Below the pieces are notes generated by a model. That model was not told where the DNA came from, did no database searches, and saw nothing but the letters and a program-made list of their open reading frames with translations. Shown piece by piece: positions 9,719 through 19,278 of a DNA stretch of 46,827 bases (its first letter is position 1; each line of letters starts with the position of its first letter). Source of the DNA: Actinomycetota bacterium. GTDB taxonomy: Bacteria > Actinomycetota > Acidimicrobiia > Spongiisociales > UBA4744. The position numbers and the translations under genes are program-made. The stretch spans positions 62,001 to 108,827 of the forward strand of contig JAADGS010000090.1 of the NCBI GenBank assembly GCA_013152275.1, given 5' to 3'.

Positions 9719-10703
9719 GGGAGCGCTGGTCCTCATACCGCTGGTACGCGTCCACGATCGCCGCAACGATGCGATGACGGACGACATCCCTCGAGGTGAG
9801 TTCCACGAACGCGACACCGGGGATTCCCCGGAGAACGTGGCGGGCTATCCGAAGGCCTGAGCCTCTCCCCGTCGGCAGGTCGACCTGGGTGATGTCTCCG
9901 GTGACGATCATCTTCGAATTGAACCCGAGTCGAGTGAGAAACATCTTCATCTGCTCCGGTGATGTGTTCTGCGCCTCGTCGAGGACCACGCATGCGTCGT
10001 TCAATGTTCGCCCGCGCATGTACGCCAGCGGAGCGATCTCTATGGTTCCCCGATCCATCAACCTGCCGGTCTCTTCGGGTCCGAGCATCTCATAGAGGGC
10101 GTCGTTGAGCGGTCGCAGGTAGGGGTCGATCTTGGCCGCGAGATCGCCGGGAAGGAACCCCAGGCGCTCGCCGGCCTCCACGGCGGGCCTCGTCAACAAG
10201 ATTCTGCTGACCGCACCGGTCTTCAACGATTCGACGGCGGCAGCCATGGCAAGATAGGTCTTCCCTGTCCCAGCGGGTCCGACGGCGAAGACCATGGTGT
10301 TCTCACGGATCGCGGCGATGTATCTGCTCTGGCCGACCGTCTTCGGTCTCACCACCTTGCCACGCCCGACAGGAACTCCTTCGGTGAGTATTCCGGAGGG
10401 ACTCGGGACATCCTCTCCGACCATCTGGATGACCCGGCGAACGCGGTCTGCGTCGAGGGTTTGGCCCTCTTGGACCAGGATCAGAAGCTCTTCGAGGACG
10501 GTACGCACCTCTTCGGCCCCGTCGCCGGCGAGCATGAATTCGTTCCCTCGGGCGATCACCTGGACGTTCGGATAGGCGCTCTCCAGGGATCGCAAGTGCG
10601 CGTCTCGCTCACCCACCAGTTCGAGCATCAAGTGGTTGGACGGAACGCGAAGGTGCACGCGAGCATCAGGGGTACTGAGCAGAGAGTCCTCATTCAGAGG
10701 CAT
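9711..10703 (-). CDS. phoH: PhoH family ATPase
   Basis: GPAGTGKTYLAMA, LTRPAVEAGERLGFLPG, APLAYMRGRTL, LDEAQNT, GDITQVDL and DVVRH. Start approximate (ATG 10703). Confidence 0.94.
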   Translation of the reverse strand: MPLNEDSLLSTPDARVHLRVPSNHLMLELVGERDAHLRSLESAYPNVQVIARGNEFMLAGDGAEEVRTVLEELLILVQEGQTLDADRVRRVIQMVGEDVPSPSGILTEGVPVGRGKVVRPKTVGQSRYIAAIRENTMVFAVGPAGTGKTYLAMAAAVESLKTGAVSRILLTRPAVEAGERLGFLPGDLAAKIDPYLRPLNDALYEMLGPEETGRLMDRGTIEIAPLAYMRGRTLNDACVVLDEAQNTSPEQMKMFLTRLGFNSKMIVTGDITQVDLPTGRGSGLRIARHVLRGIPGVAFVELTSRDVVRHRIVAAIVDAYQRYEDQRSHE

Positions 10704-10743
10704 AGGCCATAAGAGTATAGATGCGAGCGTGACCTGAGGGGAA

Positions 10744-10855
10744 CCGTCGGTCGACGGCCGGTCATCAGCTACGAACTGCACGTCGTCGCGTGTCTTACCG
10801 AAAACTGATGACTGAGAACTGATAACCGAGAACTGACGACCGAAAACTGAGAACT
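10744..10855. repeat. Heptamer arrays: short CGTCGGT-like array facing an (ACYGANN)x8 array
   Basis: accgaaa actgatg actgaga actgata accgaga actgacg accgaaa actgaga (10797-10852), with a degenerate complementary array at about 10744-10768. Confidence 0.85.
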
Positions 10856-10857
10856 CT

Positions 10858-12060
10858 CTACTCCCAGGTGCGCCGATCGTCGATGATGCCATCGCCGGGC
10901 AGATCACCGACGACCTGCACATCGACGCGAAACCGCAGCGCCGATCTGATCTTCTGCTCGACTGCCTCGGAGAGGGCCGATTCGTCGATTCCTTCCTCGG
11001 CAACGATTTCGCAGCGCAACTCATCACGATGCTCGACCCGGTCGATCACGAACCTGAATGAGTCCAGCCCGGGAGTCTCCGCGAGCGCCCGCTCGGCCTG
11101 AGCCGGATGGAGGAACATTCCCCGAACCTTCACGGCATCACCGACACGACCCAGCCATCCGGCGAGACGCGGTGTCGCACGCCGACAGCCACAGGGCTCG
11201 ACGATGAACCTGGAGAGGTCTCCCGTCCCGAATCGAACCAGCGGATAGTCTTCCTCGAAGAGCGTGACAACGACCTGTCCCTCTTCTCCATTCCAAAGCG
11301 GCTCGCCGCCGACCGGATCGCAGACCTGCACGAGCGCGTCGTCGGGAACGTGGAGACCTTCGGCCCGTTCACACTCGTAACCGAGGTTTCCCGTCTCGGC
11401 CGTTCCATATCCCTGCCGCACGGACGACACGCGTTCCTCGAGCCAGGACCGCAGAGAGGGAGGGAGCGGCTCGGCGGTTACGAACGCGTGGTGAATCTGC
11501 AGATCGACACCGATCGCCTCGGCTTTCTCGAGCAGTGCCTTGAGGTAGCTCGGAAGTCCTATGAATGCCGTGATCCCCAGGTCGGCACATGCCTGCACCT
11601 GCAGGTCCATGTTTCCGACTCCCCCGGGCAGAACCGCGCATCCAACGGCGCGGGCGCCCTCTTCGAACATCGCTCCCGCCGGAGACAGGTGGTAGCCGAA
11701 CGCGTTGAGCACGATGTCGTTGGATTCGAAACCGGCGGCACGAAGCGCCGGCGCCCACCTCCACGGGTCGGTCCGATCCAGTTCCGGTTCGTAGAGAGGC
11801 CCCGGCGACTGGAAGAGGCGTCGCACCGCGGCGCCTTCGGCGAGCAAGCCCCCGAAGGGACGTTCCATGATCTGTAATTGAAGGAGATCGTCCTTGGAGA
11901 GCACGGGCAGCCGGCTCAGGTCCTGGACGGTTCGCATCTCTGCGGCTACCAGGCCTGCGCTCTCGAGCCGCTCGAAAAACGCCGTCGATTTCGCCGCCGC
12001 AGCTTCCACGAATGCGCCGACCACGCTATCGAGACCGCGGCCGTATTCTTCAGGTGTCAT
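10858..12060 (-). CDS. Phenylacetate--CoA ligase family (PaaK-like) AMP-binding enzyme
   Basis: LSRLPVLSK, FQSPGPLYEP, GLPSYLKALLE, QGYGTAETG, YPLVRFGTGD and GRVGDAVKVRGMFLHP. Confidence 0.85.
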   Translation of the reverse strand: MTPEEYGRGLDSVVGAFVEAAAAKSTAFFERLESAGLVAAEMRTVQDLSRLPVLSKDDLLQLQIMERPFGGLLAEGAAVRRLFQSPGPLYEPELDRTDPWRWAPALRAAGFESNDIVLNAFGYHLSPAGAMFEEGARAVGCAVLPGGVGNMDLQVQACADLGITAFIGLPSYLKALLEKAEAIGVDLQIHHAFVTAEPLPPSLRSWLEERVSSVRQGYGTAETGNLGYECERAEGLHVPDDALVQVCDPVGGEPLWNGEEGQVVVTLFEEDYPLVRFGTGDLSRFIVEPCGCRRATPRLAGWLGRVGDAVKVRGMFLHPAQAERALAETPGLDSFRFVIDRVEHRDELRCEIVAEEGIDESALSEAVEQKIRSALRFRVDVQVVGDLPGDGIIDDRRTWE

Positions 12061-12078
12061 CGCTTGTCTCCTCGAGCC

Positions 12079-12933
12079 TCAGAGCCAGCGTTTCCGTCGC
12101 TTGTAGTGCTTGACGTCGCGGTAGCTCTTGCGTTCACCCGACTCGCTGATTCCCAGATAGAACTCCTGCACGTCGGGGTTCTCCGCCAATTCGCCTGCCG
12201 GTCCCTCGAGCACGATTCGGCCGTTCTCCATGATGTAGCCATGGTCGGCAATGTTCAATGCCAGCCTGGCGTTCTGCTCGACGAGAAGAACCGTCGTCCC
12301 GAGATCTCGATGCAGCCTCTGGATGATGGCGAAGATCTCTCGCACGAGGATCGGAGCGAGTCCGAGCGACGGCTCGTCGAGCATGAGCAGCTTCGGCCGC
12401 TGCATGAGGGCACGTCCCATCGCCAGCATCTGCTGCTCACCTCCCGACAGGTAACCGGCCACCTGATTGGATCGCTCCTCGAGCTGTGGAAAGTACTCGT
12501 ACACCAGCCGGAACTCATCGGACACGTTGCCTTCCCGCCAGCGCGAATACGCCGCGGCGATCAGGTTTTCGTGCACGGTCAAGTGCTCGAAGACCCTCCT
12601 TCCCTCCATGACGAGCGAGATCCCCGACCGAACGATATGGGCCGGATCGAACTCGGTGATCTCCATGCCGTCGAAGCTGATGTGCCCTTCGCTGATCTCG
12701 CCGTCTTCGGACGGCAGCAAGCCCATGATCGCTTTGAGGGTCGTGGACTTGCCGGCCCCGTTCGCACCGAGCAGGGCGATGAGATCGCCACGTTTCACCT
12801 GCAGGGAGAGGCCGCGTAGCACGAGGATCACCTCGTCGTAGATCACCTCGACGTTGTTGACATCGAGAAGCACGCCGGTGGCAGGGGCGGTTCCCGCCGC
12901 CCCTGCCCAGTCGCCCGTGGCCGTCGTCGTCAC
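12079..12933 (-). CDS. Branched-chain amino acid-type ABC transporter ATP-binding protein (LivF-like)
   Basis: GANGAGKSTT, LSGGEQQMLAMGRAL, LDEPSLGLAP, VEQNA and the C-terminal YRDVKHYKRRKRWL typical of this acyl-CoA-ligase-linked subfamily. Confidence 0.92.
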   Translation of the reverse strand: MTTTATGDWAGAAGTAPATGVLLDVNNVEVIYDEVILVLRGLSLQVKRGDLIALLGANGAGKSTTLKAIMGLLPSEDGEISEGHISFDGMEITEFDPAHIVRSGISLVMEGRRVFEHLTVHENLIAAAYSRWREGNVSDEFRLVYEYFPQLEERSNQVAGYLSGGEQQMLAMGRALMQRPKLLMLDEPSLGLAPILVREIFAIIQRLHRDLGTTVLLVEQNARLALNIADHGYIMENGRIVLEGPAGELAENPDVQEFYLGISESGERKSYRDVKHYKRRKRWL

Positions 12934-14108
12934 TACGGAGTCATCTCCGATATGACACGCGTCCAGACTCCGTTCTCCACCTTGTAGATACCGGCACCTG
13001 CCATACCTTTGTGACTGGTTTTCGAGAACCCGATGGGAACGCTGACGCCTCCCGTATCGAAGTTCGATATCGACTCGAGGGCGCTCTTGATCGCCGGACC
13101 CGTCACGTCGTCGCCGGCATCGACGACATTCTTGATGGCCTGGGCCATCACAGCCATCGTGTACCAGCCCTGCGTGTAATGCAGGCCCTCGTCCGTCAGG
13201 GTCTTACCCTGCGACTTCAGGAACTCGCTCGGTGCCTTGAAACCGGGATCATCCGACTGCACCGACGCCCACGGCAACACACCCATGACGCCTTCGGCCG
13301 CGTCACCGGCCAGGTTCACGAAGCCTTCGTCCGCACACCAGTTCAGACAGATCATCGTGACGTCGAGACCCTGACCCTTGACATCACGAGCCAGCAAGGC
13401 GGCAGGACTCGACACGTTCTGCACGATGATGTGCGTCACACCCTGAGCCTTCGCCTTCGTCAACTCGGCCAGATAATCGGTGGCACCACCAGGCATCGCA
13501 TAGTCCGCGTATCCCATGTCCAGTCCCTTGGACTGGATGTACGCGGCACCGTCGGCAACCGGTGAGAGCCCGAACGGGCTGTCATGGTGGAACACGGCGA
13601 TCTCTGCACGACCGCTGTAGTTCTCACTGATCCATTTCAACGCGATCCGCATCTGATCCGAGTAGCTCGTCGCCACGACGAAGTTGTACGGCGTGTCGGC
13701 GGGGTTCGTGAGCGCTTCCGAGTAGGAAGCCGACATGAACGGGATCTTGTCTTCGGTGATCCGAGTCCTCAAAGCCTCCGTGTCACCGGTGCCCCAGCCC
13801 ATGAACGCGACGATTCCCTCAGAGACATACTGAGAGTACAGCTGCTCGGCGGTGTCCACCTTGTACTGATAGTCCTGCCACTTGAGGTCGATCTGGCGTC
13901 CGTCGATCCCACCCTTCGCGTTCAACCAGTCGACGTAGCCGCGAACGCCGTCGGCATACGGCGTCCCCACGTCTCCGGTTGGTCCCGTCAGGTCGAAGAT
14001 CGCGCCCACCTTGATCGGCTCGCTGCTGCTCGAACCACCACCTCCACAGGCGGCTACCAGCAGGGCCAGCACCATTCCCAAGGCAAGATAGATTGCGGTT
14101 CTCTTCAT
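12933..14108 (-). CDS. ABC transporter substrate-binding lipoprotein (LivK/periplasmic binding protein type 1)
   Basis: Lipobox LVAAC after MKRTAIYLALG, then IKVGAIFDLTGPT, NAKGGIDGRQI and GWGTGDTEAL. Start ATG 14108 with a GGAGGA-like RBS. Confidence 0.9.
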   Translation of the reverse strand: MKRTAIYLALGMVLALLVAACGGGGSSSSEPIKVGAIFDLTGPTGDVGTPYADGVRGYVDWLNAKGGIDGRQIDLKWQDYQYKVDTAEQLYSQYVSEGIVAFMGWGTGDTEALRTRITEDKIPFMSASYSEALTNPADTPYNFVVATSYSDQMRIALKWISENYSGRAEIAVFHHDSPFGLSPVADGAAYIQSKGLDMGYADYAMPGGATDYLAELTKAKAQGVTHIIVQNVSSPAALLARDVKGQGLDVTMICLNWCADEGFVNLAGDAAEGVMGVLPWASVQSDDPGFKAPSEFLKSQGKTLTDEGLHYTQGWYTMAVMAQAIKNVVDAGDDVTGPAIKSALESISNFDTGGVSVPIGFSKTSHKGMAGAGIYKVENGVWTRVISEMTP

Positions 14109-14121
14109 GGCCTTCCTCCTC

Positions 14122-15171
14122 TCAATATCTGAATGGCCACAGTCGGAAGTAGTCACGGATGCGTTCCCATATCCGTGCAAGCCCTCGAGGCTCGAAAATC
14201 AGAAACAGAATGATGACAAGCCCGAATACACCAAGCTGGATCGCGGGGAGCTGTTGGGACAGGGCCGGCAGCACGCCCTGGATCGACTGCCCCGCACGCT
14301 GGATCAGTGCGGGGACCACCGTCATGAATCCGGCCCCATAGATGGCCCCGGCGACACTGCCGAGCCCACCGACGATGATCATCGCCAGGTAGGTGATCGA
14401 CACGTCGAAGGTGAAGCGCTCCCAGGTGACGATGCTCCGATAGGAGGCGAGCAGGGCTCCGGCAAGACCTACGAACCCCGAAGATATCGCGAAGGACCAC
14501 AGCTTGTACTTCCAGACGGTGACCCCGATCACATCCGCGGCGATGTCCTGATCTCGAATGGCCACGAAGGACCTGCCGAGACCCGTCCGGAACAGATTGA
14601 GCGCCGCAAGTGTCGCGAGGACGACGAGCGCCAGGATGATCCAATACCAGATGAACTCGGACCTGATCTCCGTCTTGAAGGCAACCGGTCGGGGAACCAC
14701 GAGCGACTCCACGCCACCGGTGACCACGTCCCACGTCCGAACGACATAGATGATGATCACTTGCGCGGCCAACGTGGCGATCGCCAGGTAGAGCCCCTTG
14801 AGGCGGACTGCCGGAAGCCCGATCACCGCTCCGACGGCCGCGGTGACGAGCACGGCGGCAGCGATCCCCAGTGGCGTCGGCCAGTGCAATCGTGCGATCA
14901 GAATGCCGGCCGTATACGCGCCGACGGCAAGGAAGCCTCCCTGCCCGAGACTGATCAATCCCGTGAAACCGGTGAGGATGTTCAGCCCGATGGCTCCGAT
15001 TGCGGCAATGCCGACCATATTGAGGATTGTGAGCCAGTACGAAGAGGCAACGAACGGAACGACACCGAGGAACACGAGGAGCACCGACAGCCGGATCCAG
15101 TCCGCCTTGGTCTGGCGAAGTGCCAGATCTTGACTGTATTTGGTGTGATAGATACCCGTTGCTATCGCCAT
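14122..15171 (-). CDS. Branched-chain ABC transporter permease (LivM-like)
   Basis: GLNILTGFTGLISLGQGGF, RLKGLYLAIATLA, GRSFVAIRD and MIIVGGLGS. Confidence 0.92.
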   Translation of the reverse strand: MAIATGIYHTKYSQDLALRQTKADWIRLSVLLVFLGVVPFVASSYWLTILNMVGIAAIGAIGLNILTGFTGLISLGQGGFLAVGAYTAGILIARLHWPTPLGIAAAVLVTAAVGAVIGLPAVRLKGLYLAIATLAAQVIIIYVVRTWDVVTGGVESLVVPRPVAFKTEIRSEFIWYWIILALVVLATLAALNLFRTGLGRSFVAIRDQDIAADVIGVTVWKYKLWSFAISSGFVGLAGALLASYRSIVTWERFTFDVSITYLAMIIVGGLGSVAGAIYGAGFMTVVPALIQRAGQSIQGVLPALSQQLPAIQLGVFGLVIILFLIFEPRGLARIWERIRDYFRLWPFRY

Positions 15172-15174
15172 CGC

Positions 15175-16047
15175 CTACACCCTCTCGATCCGCACTTCGC
15201 CGAACATTCCGTACGGCTTGATGAGCAGCACGAGGACGAGCACCAGGTAGGGGACGACTTCGCCGAGTCCGGCGCTCACGTAGCCGGCAACGTACTGACG
15301 AGTCAGCCCGATGATCAGCCCTCCGATGAGAGCGCCCGCGATCGAATCCAGCCCTCCGACGATCACGACCGCGAAGACGAGCAAGCCGAACGAAGCCACA
15401 CCGATGGAAACGCCGATCATGATCGCCACGAGGACACCGCCAAAGACGGCGCTGACGGCAGCCAGCGCCCAGGACAATGCGAAGATTCTGCGAACACTGA
15501 TCCCCATCACCATGGCGGCCTGCTGATCGTCTGCCACCGCCCGCATCGCCACACCGAAGTGGGACTTTCGGAAGAAGAGAGCGAAGGCCGCCAACGCGAC
15601 GAGAGCGATACCGATCGCCCACAGCCGGTTCTCTGGAAGCGGCGCGCCGAAGAGGACGACAGAGACATCCGGAATGATCGTCGGCATCTTGCGTAGGTTC
15701 GTCCCCCAGATCCCCTGCACGAGTGACCTGAGCACCGCCGAGAGGCCGATCGTGACCATGATCACCGCAATCGCGGACTCCCCGACCATCGGCCGAAGCA
15801 CGGATCGTTCGATGGCCACCCCCATACCGATGGCGACGACGATTCCCAGGAGCACGGCCAGAGGCCACGCCAGCCCAAAGGTCACCATCCCGGCCCAGAC
15901 CACATAGGCGCCGATGAGGAGGAACTCTCCTTGCGCGAAGTTGATGACGCCGGTCGCTTTGAAGATCAGGACGAACCCGAGTGCCGCAAGGGCGAGAATC
16001 GCCCCGTTTGCCAGACCGTTGACCGTCAGCTGGATAAAGGTGCTCAT
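15175..16047 (-). CDS. Branched-chain ABC transporter permease (LivH-like)
   Basis: LGFVLIFKATGVINFAQGEF, GVAMRAVADD, GGLDSIAGA and KPYGMFG. Confidence 0.92.
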   Translation of the reverse strand: MSTFIQLTVNGLANGAILALAALGFVLIFKATGVINFAQGEFLLIGAYVVWAGMVTFGLAWPLAVLLGIVVAIGMGVAIERSVLRPMVGESAIAVIMVTIGLSAVLRSLVQGIWGTNLRKMPTIIPDVSVVLFGAPLPENRLWAIGIALVALAAFALFFRKSHFGVAMRAVADDQQAAMVMGISVRRIFALSWALAAVSAVFGGVLVAIMIGVSIGVASFGLLVFAVVIVGGLDSIAGALIGGLIIGLTRQYVAGYVSAGLGEVVPYLVLVLVLLIKPYGMFGEVRIERV

Positions 16048-17984
16048 CGTCCGGTGCTCCATGCGTAGCGACGACGCTTGCCCGAGGGTGTGAACGTCTC
16101 CATGTCGAAGATCCTCAGACGAACCTCACGATCAACCGTCGTCCCGTCTTGATAGGTGATCGTACTGGTAATCGTGACTGCCTCTCTCTCGGGCGTGTAG
16201 AGAGCCTCGATGAGGTCCGCATACCGGGTGGCAATCGTTCCCCGGCGGACCTTGCGGGTCCTGGTGATTTCGTCGTCATCCGGATCGAACTGCTTGTGCA
16301 GGATGAGGAACCGCCGCACGCGAGCGCCGGGCGGCAGGTCCTGATTCGCCTTGGCAATGTCCTCCGCGACCAGTGTGTACACCTCGTCCATCTGTGACAA
16401 GTCCGTGTAGGTCGTGTATGCGAGATGCTCTCGCTCCGCCCATGCACCGACGGTCTGGCCGTCGATGGTGATGATGGCAGCGATGTACGGATGGTCTCCG
16501 CCGAAAGTCACGGCCTCTTCGACGAACTGTGAGAACTTCATCTTGTTCTCGATGAATGCGGGAGAGAATGCCGTACCGTCAGGAAGGTGCATGACGTCTT
16601 TGGCCCGGTCGATGACGACAAGTTGTCCGTCCTCGTCGATGAAACCGGCGTCGCCCGTATGCAACCATCCGTCGGCTTCGAGAGCACTCTCCGTTGCTTC
16701 CGGATTGCGGTAGTAGCCCTGGAACACAGCCGGAGAGCGCAACAGGATCTCTCCATCGTCTGCGATGCGCATCTCGGTTCCGGCAATCGGGGTACCCACC
16801 GTGTTGAACTTGATGTCTCCATCCCGGTGAACGACGGCGATGCCACAGATCTCCGTCTGCCCATAGATCTGTTTGAGGTTCACTCCGATCGAGTGGAAGA
16901 AACGAAACACGTCGGGTCCGAGCGGTGCACCCCCTGTGTAGGCGCGTTTGATGCGAGTGAGGCCGAGCTGATCGCGTACCGGTCTCAACGCGACCACATC
17001 CGCGATCGCCAGCCGGTACCGCAAACCCGGCGGAAGCTGCTCGCCTCGCACGAGGAGATCCGCGGCTTCCTCCCCGACGTCGAATCCCCACGAGAAGACG
17101 TGTTTCTTGAGCCAACCGGCTTCACCAATGCGCACCTGCACCGTTGACAGCATCGACTCCCAGATCCTCGGCGGCGCAAACATGACGTTCGGCCCTATCT
17201 CACGCATGTCGGACTGGACCGTTTCGGCCTCTTCAGGAAAGCTGATGGTGAACCCCGCCTGGAATCCACAGGCCAACGCCATCATCTGCTCCCCCACCCA
17301 CGCAAACGGAAGAAAACTCACGAAGCGGTCCTCGGCGTCGAGCGGATCTGCCTCCATGAGGTTCCTCCCCATGGAAAGGAGGTTGCGGTGACTCAGCATC
17401 GCCAGCTTGGGCAGGCCGGTCGTGCCGCTGGTCGTACACAGCACGGCGGTGTCCTCACCCGAGCCCAGGTCGATCTGTTCGTCGATCCAGTCCGGGTGCT
17501 CGGCCTCGAACACCCGCCCGAGTTCTTCGACCTTGGTGAACTCGATCAGTTTCGGATCGTCGTAGAGTTCCAGACCCTGCGGGTCGTAGTAGATGATCTT
17601 CTCGATCGTCGAAGGAAGATCGATCAGCTTGTCCACCTGCTCCTGATCTTCTGCAACGATCAGCCTGATTCCGGCATGTGTGATGATGTGGACGATCTCC
17701 TCGCCGATAGAGGTCGGGTAGATCCCCACCGACATGCCCCCAAGCGCCTGGACACCGAGCTCGGCGATCAGCCACTCGGGACGGTTGTCGCCGAGAACGG
17801 CGATGACGTCTCCTCGACCGACCCCCATCGTCGAGATGCCCTGAGCAAAGGCTCGAACCCGCCCGTTGAACTCCGCCCAGTTCTCCGCCTGCCAGATCCC
17901 ATAGCGTTTCTCCTGCAAGGCGATTCGATCACCCATGGTTGCTGCCATGTGCCGAAGCACCTTGGGGAACGTGTCCGGCGTCAA
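16044..17984 (-). CDS. Long-chain fatty acid--CoA ligase (AMP-binding)
   Basis: TTSGTTGLPK, SFLPFAWVGE, QIYGQTE, GWLHTGDAG, IDRAKD and EITRTRKVRR. TTG start overlaps the upstream stop. Confidence 0.9.
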   Translation of the reverse strand: MTPDTFPKVLRHMAATMGDRIALQEKRYGIWQAENWAEFNGRVRAFAQGISTMGVGRGDVIAVLGDNRPEWLIAELGVQALGGMSVGIYPTSIGEEIVHIITHAGIRLIVAEDQEQVDKLIDLPSTIEKIIYYDPQGLELYDDPKLIEFTKVEELGRVFEAEHPDWIDEQIDLGSGEDTAVLCTTSGTTGLPKLAMLSHRNLLSMGRNLMEADPLDAEDRFVSFLPFAWVGEQMMALACGFQAGFTISFPEEAETVQSDMREIGPNVMFAPPRIWESMLSTVQVRIGEAGWLKKHVFSWGFDVGEEAADLLVRGEQLPPGLRYRLAIADVVALRPVRDQLGLTRIKRAYTGGAPLGPDVFRFFHSIGVNLKQIYGQTEICGIAVVHRDGDIKFNTVGTPIAGTEMRIADDGEILLRSPAVFQGYYRNPEATESALEADGWLHTGDAGFIDEDGQLVVIDRAKDVMHLPDGTAFSPAFIENKMKFSQFVEEAVTFGGDHPYIAAIITIDGQTVGAWAEREHLAYTTYTDLSQMDEVYTLVAEDIAKANQDLPPGARVRRFLILHKQFDPDDDEITRTRKVRRGTIATRYADLIEALYTPEREAVTITSTITYQDGTTVDREVRLRIFDMETFTPSGKRRRYAWSTGR

Positions 17985-18811
17985 CTCTGATCCTCCCCGA
18001 GGTACGCCTCGATCACCGCCGGATTCCTCGACACCTCCGCCGGAGACCCGGAGGCCACGAGCTGGCCGAAATCGAGAACACTGACCGAGTCCGAAATGTC
18101 CATGACGACGCCCATGTCGTGCTCGATGAGAATAGTGCTGATACCGGCAAGCTGATTCACATCGAGGATGTAGCGCGCCATGTCCTCCTTCTCCTCGGCG
18201 TTCATGCCGGCCATCGGCTCGTCCAGCAACAGGAGCGCAGGCTGCATGGCCAGCGCGCGTCCCAACTCGACACGCTTCTGAAAACCGTAGGCAAGGGAGC
18301 CGACAGCCTGGGACCGCACCGATTGAATCTCGAGGAGATCGATGACCTCTTCGACGAGTTCCCTGTGTTCGATCTCCTGACGCCGGGCAGGTCCGACGAA
18401 CAGCATGGACCGCCAGACACGATGACGCATGTGCACATGGCGTCCGAGCATGAGGTTGTCGAGCACCGTCATGTGCTGAAAGAGCTCGATGTTCTGGAAG
18501 GTGCGGGCAACACCCCAGCGTGCCGTCTCACTCGGAGCAGCTTTGGTCAACTCGTGTAGCGTCTCGCCGTCGTTGAGAGTGATGCTCCCCCGCTGCGGCC
18601 GATACAGACCACTGATGCAGTTCAGCAGCGACGTCTTGCCTGCACCGTTGGGTCCGATGATGGCATGAATCTCTCCCTGACGGACGCCGTCCGAGACGTC
18701 GCGTAGAGCCTGCACACCACCAAACGCGAGGCTCACATCTTTGATCTCGAGCTGCGGCGTTCCCGGTGACAGCCGGCTGCCATTCAGTGTGAATCGGTAC
18801 TCTCTCGACAT
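17981..18811 (-). CDS. Branched-chain ABC transporter ATP-binding protein (LivG-like)
   Basis: FGGVQAL, IIGPNGAGKTS, ARTFQNIELF, QKRVELGRAL, LDEPMAGM, IEHDM and AYLG. Start moved to ATG 18811. Confidence 0.92.
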   Translation of the reverse strand: MSREYRFTLNGSRLSPGTPQLEIKDVSLAFGGVQALRDVSDGVRQGEIHAIIGPNGAGKTSLLNCISGLYRPQRGSITLNDGETLHELTKAAPSETARWGVARTFQNIELFQHMTVLDNLMLGRHVHMRHRVWRSMLFVGPARRQEIEHRELVEEVIDLLEIQSVRSQAVGSLAYGFQKRVELGRALAMQPALLLLDEPMAGMNAEEKEDMARYILDVNQLAGISTILIEHDMGVVMDISDSVSVLDFGQLVASGSPAEVSRNPAVIEAYLGEDQS

Positions 18812-18886
18812 GACGATGTTGGAGAGCGTACCAAGGCGACGACCACCGATGTCGTGGGAACCGCGAAAAAGGTCGATACCTGAGAA

Positions 18887-18939
18887 GGTACCTGGTACCC
18901 CGCCCGTACCCGGTGCCTCGTACCAGGACCCTGGACCAC
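18887..18939. repeat. Degenerate heptamer array (GGTACCY/CGTACCN-like, about 7 units)
   Basis: ggtacct ggtaccc cgcc cgtaccc ggtgcct cgtacca ggaccct ggaccac immediately after the HIT stop. Confidence 0.65.
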
Positions 18940-19278
18940 TCAACGTTGCGGCTCGGCCCATCCGCCCATGAGATGGAAATGCAGATGGAAGACCGTCTGC
19001 CCCGCTGCGGGACCGACGTTCGTGACAACGCGCCACCCCTGATCGAGCTGCCTCTCGCGAGCGATACCTGCCGCCGTGATGAAGATCTCCGCCAGCAGAC
19101 CACCTTCGGCACTCGTGATCTCCCCCGCAGAGTCGGCAACGTGCCGCTTGGGGATGATCAGAACGTGGGTCGGGGCCACGGGATTGATGTCGTTGAAGGC
19201 GAGAACATGGTCGGTCTCCGCGACAACATCCGCAGGGATCGAGCCTTCAACGATCTTGCAGAAGAGGCAGTCCTTCAA
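18940..19278 (-). CDS. Histidine triad (HIT) nucleotide-binding protein
   Basis: DCLFCKIV, AFNDINPVAPTHVLIIPK and AGQTVFHLHFHLMGG. Confidence 0.95.
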   Translation of the reverse strand: MKDCLFCKIVEGSIPADVVAETDHVLAFNDINPVAPTHVLIIPKRHVADSAGEITSAEGGLLAEIFITAAGIARERQLDQGWRVVTNVGPAAGQTVFHLHFHLMGGWAEPQR

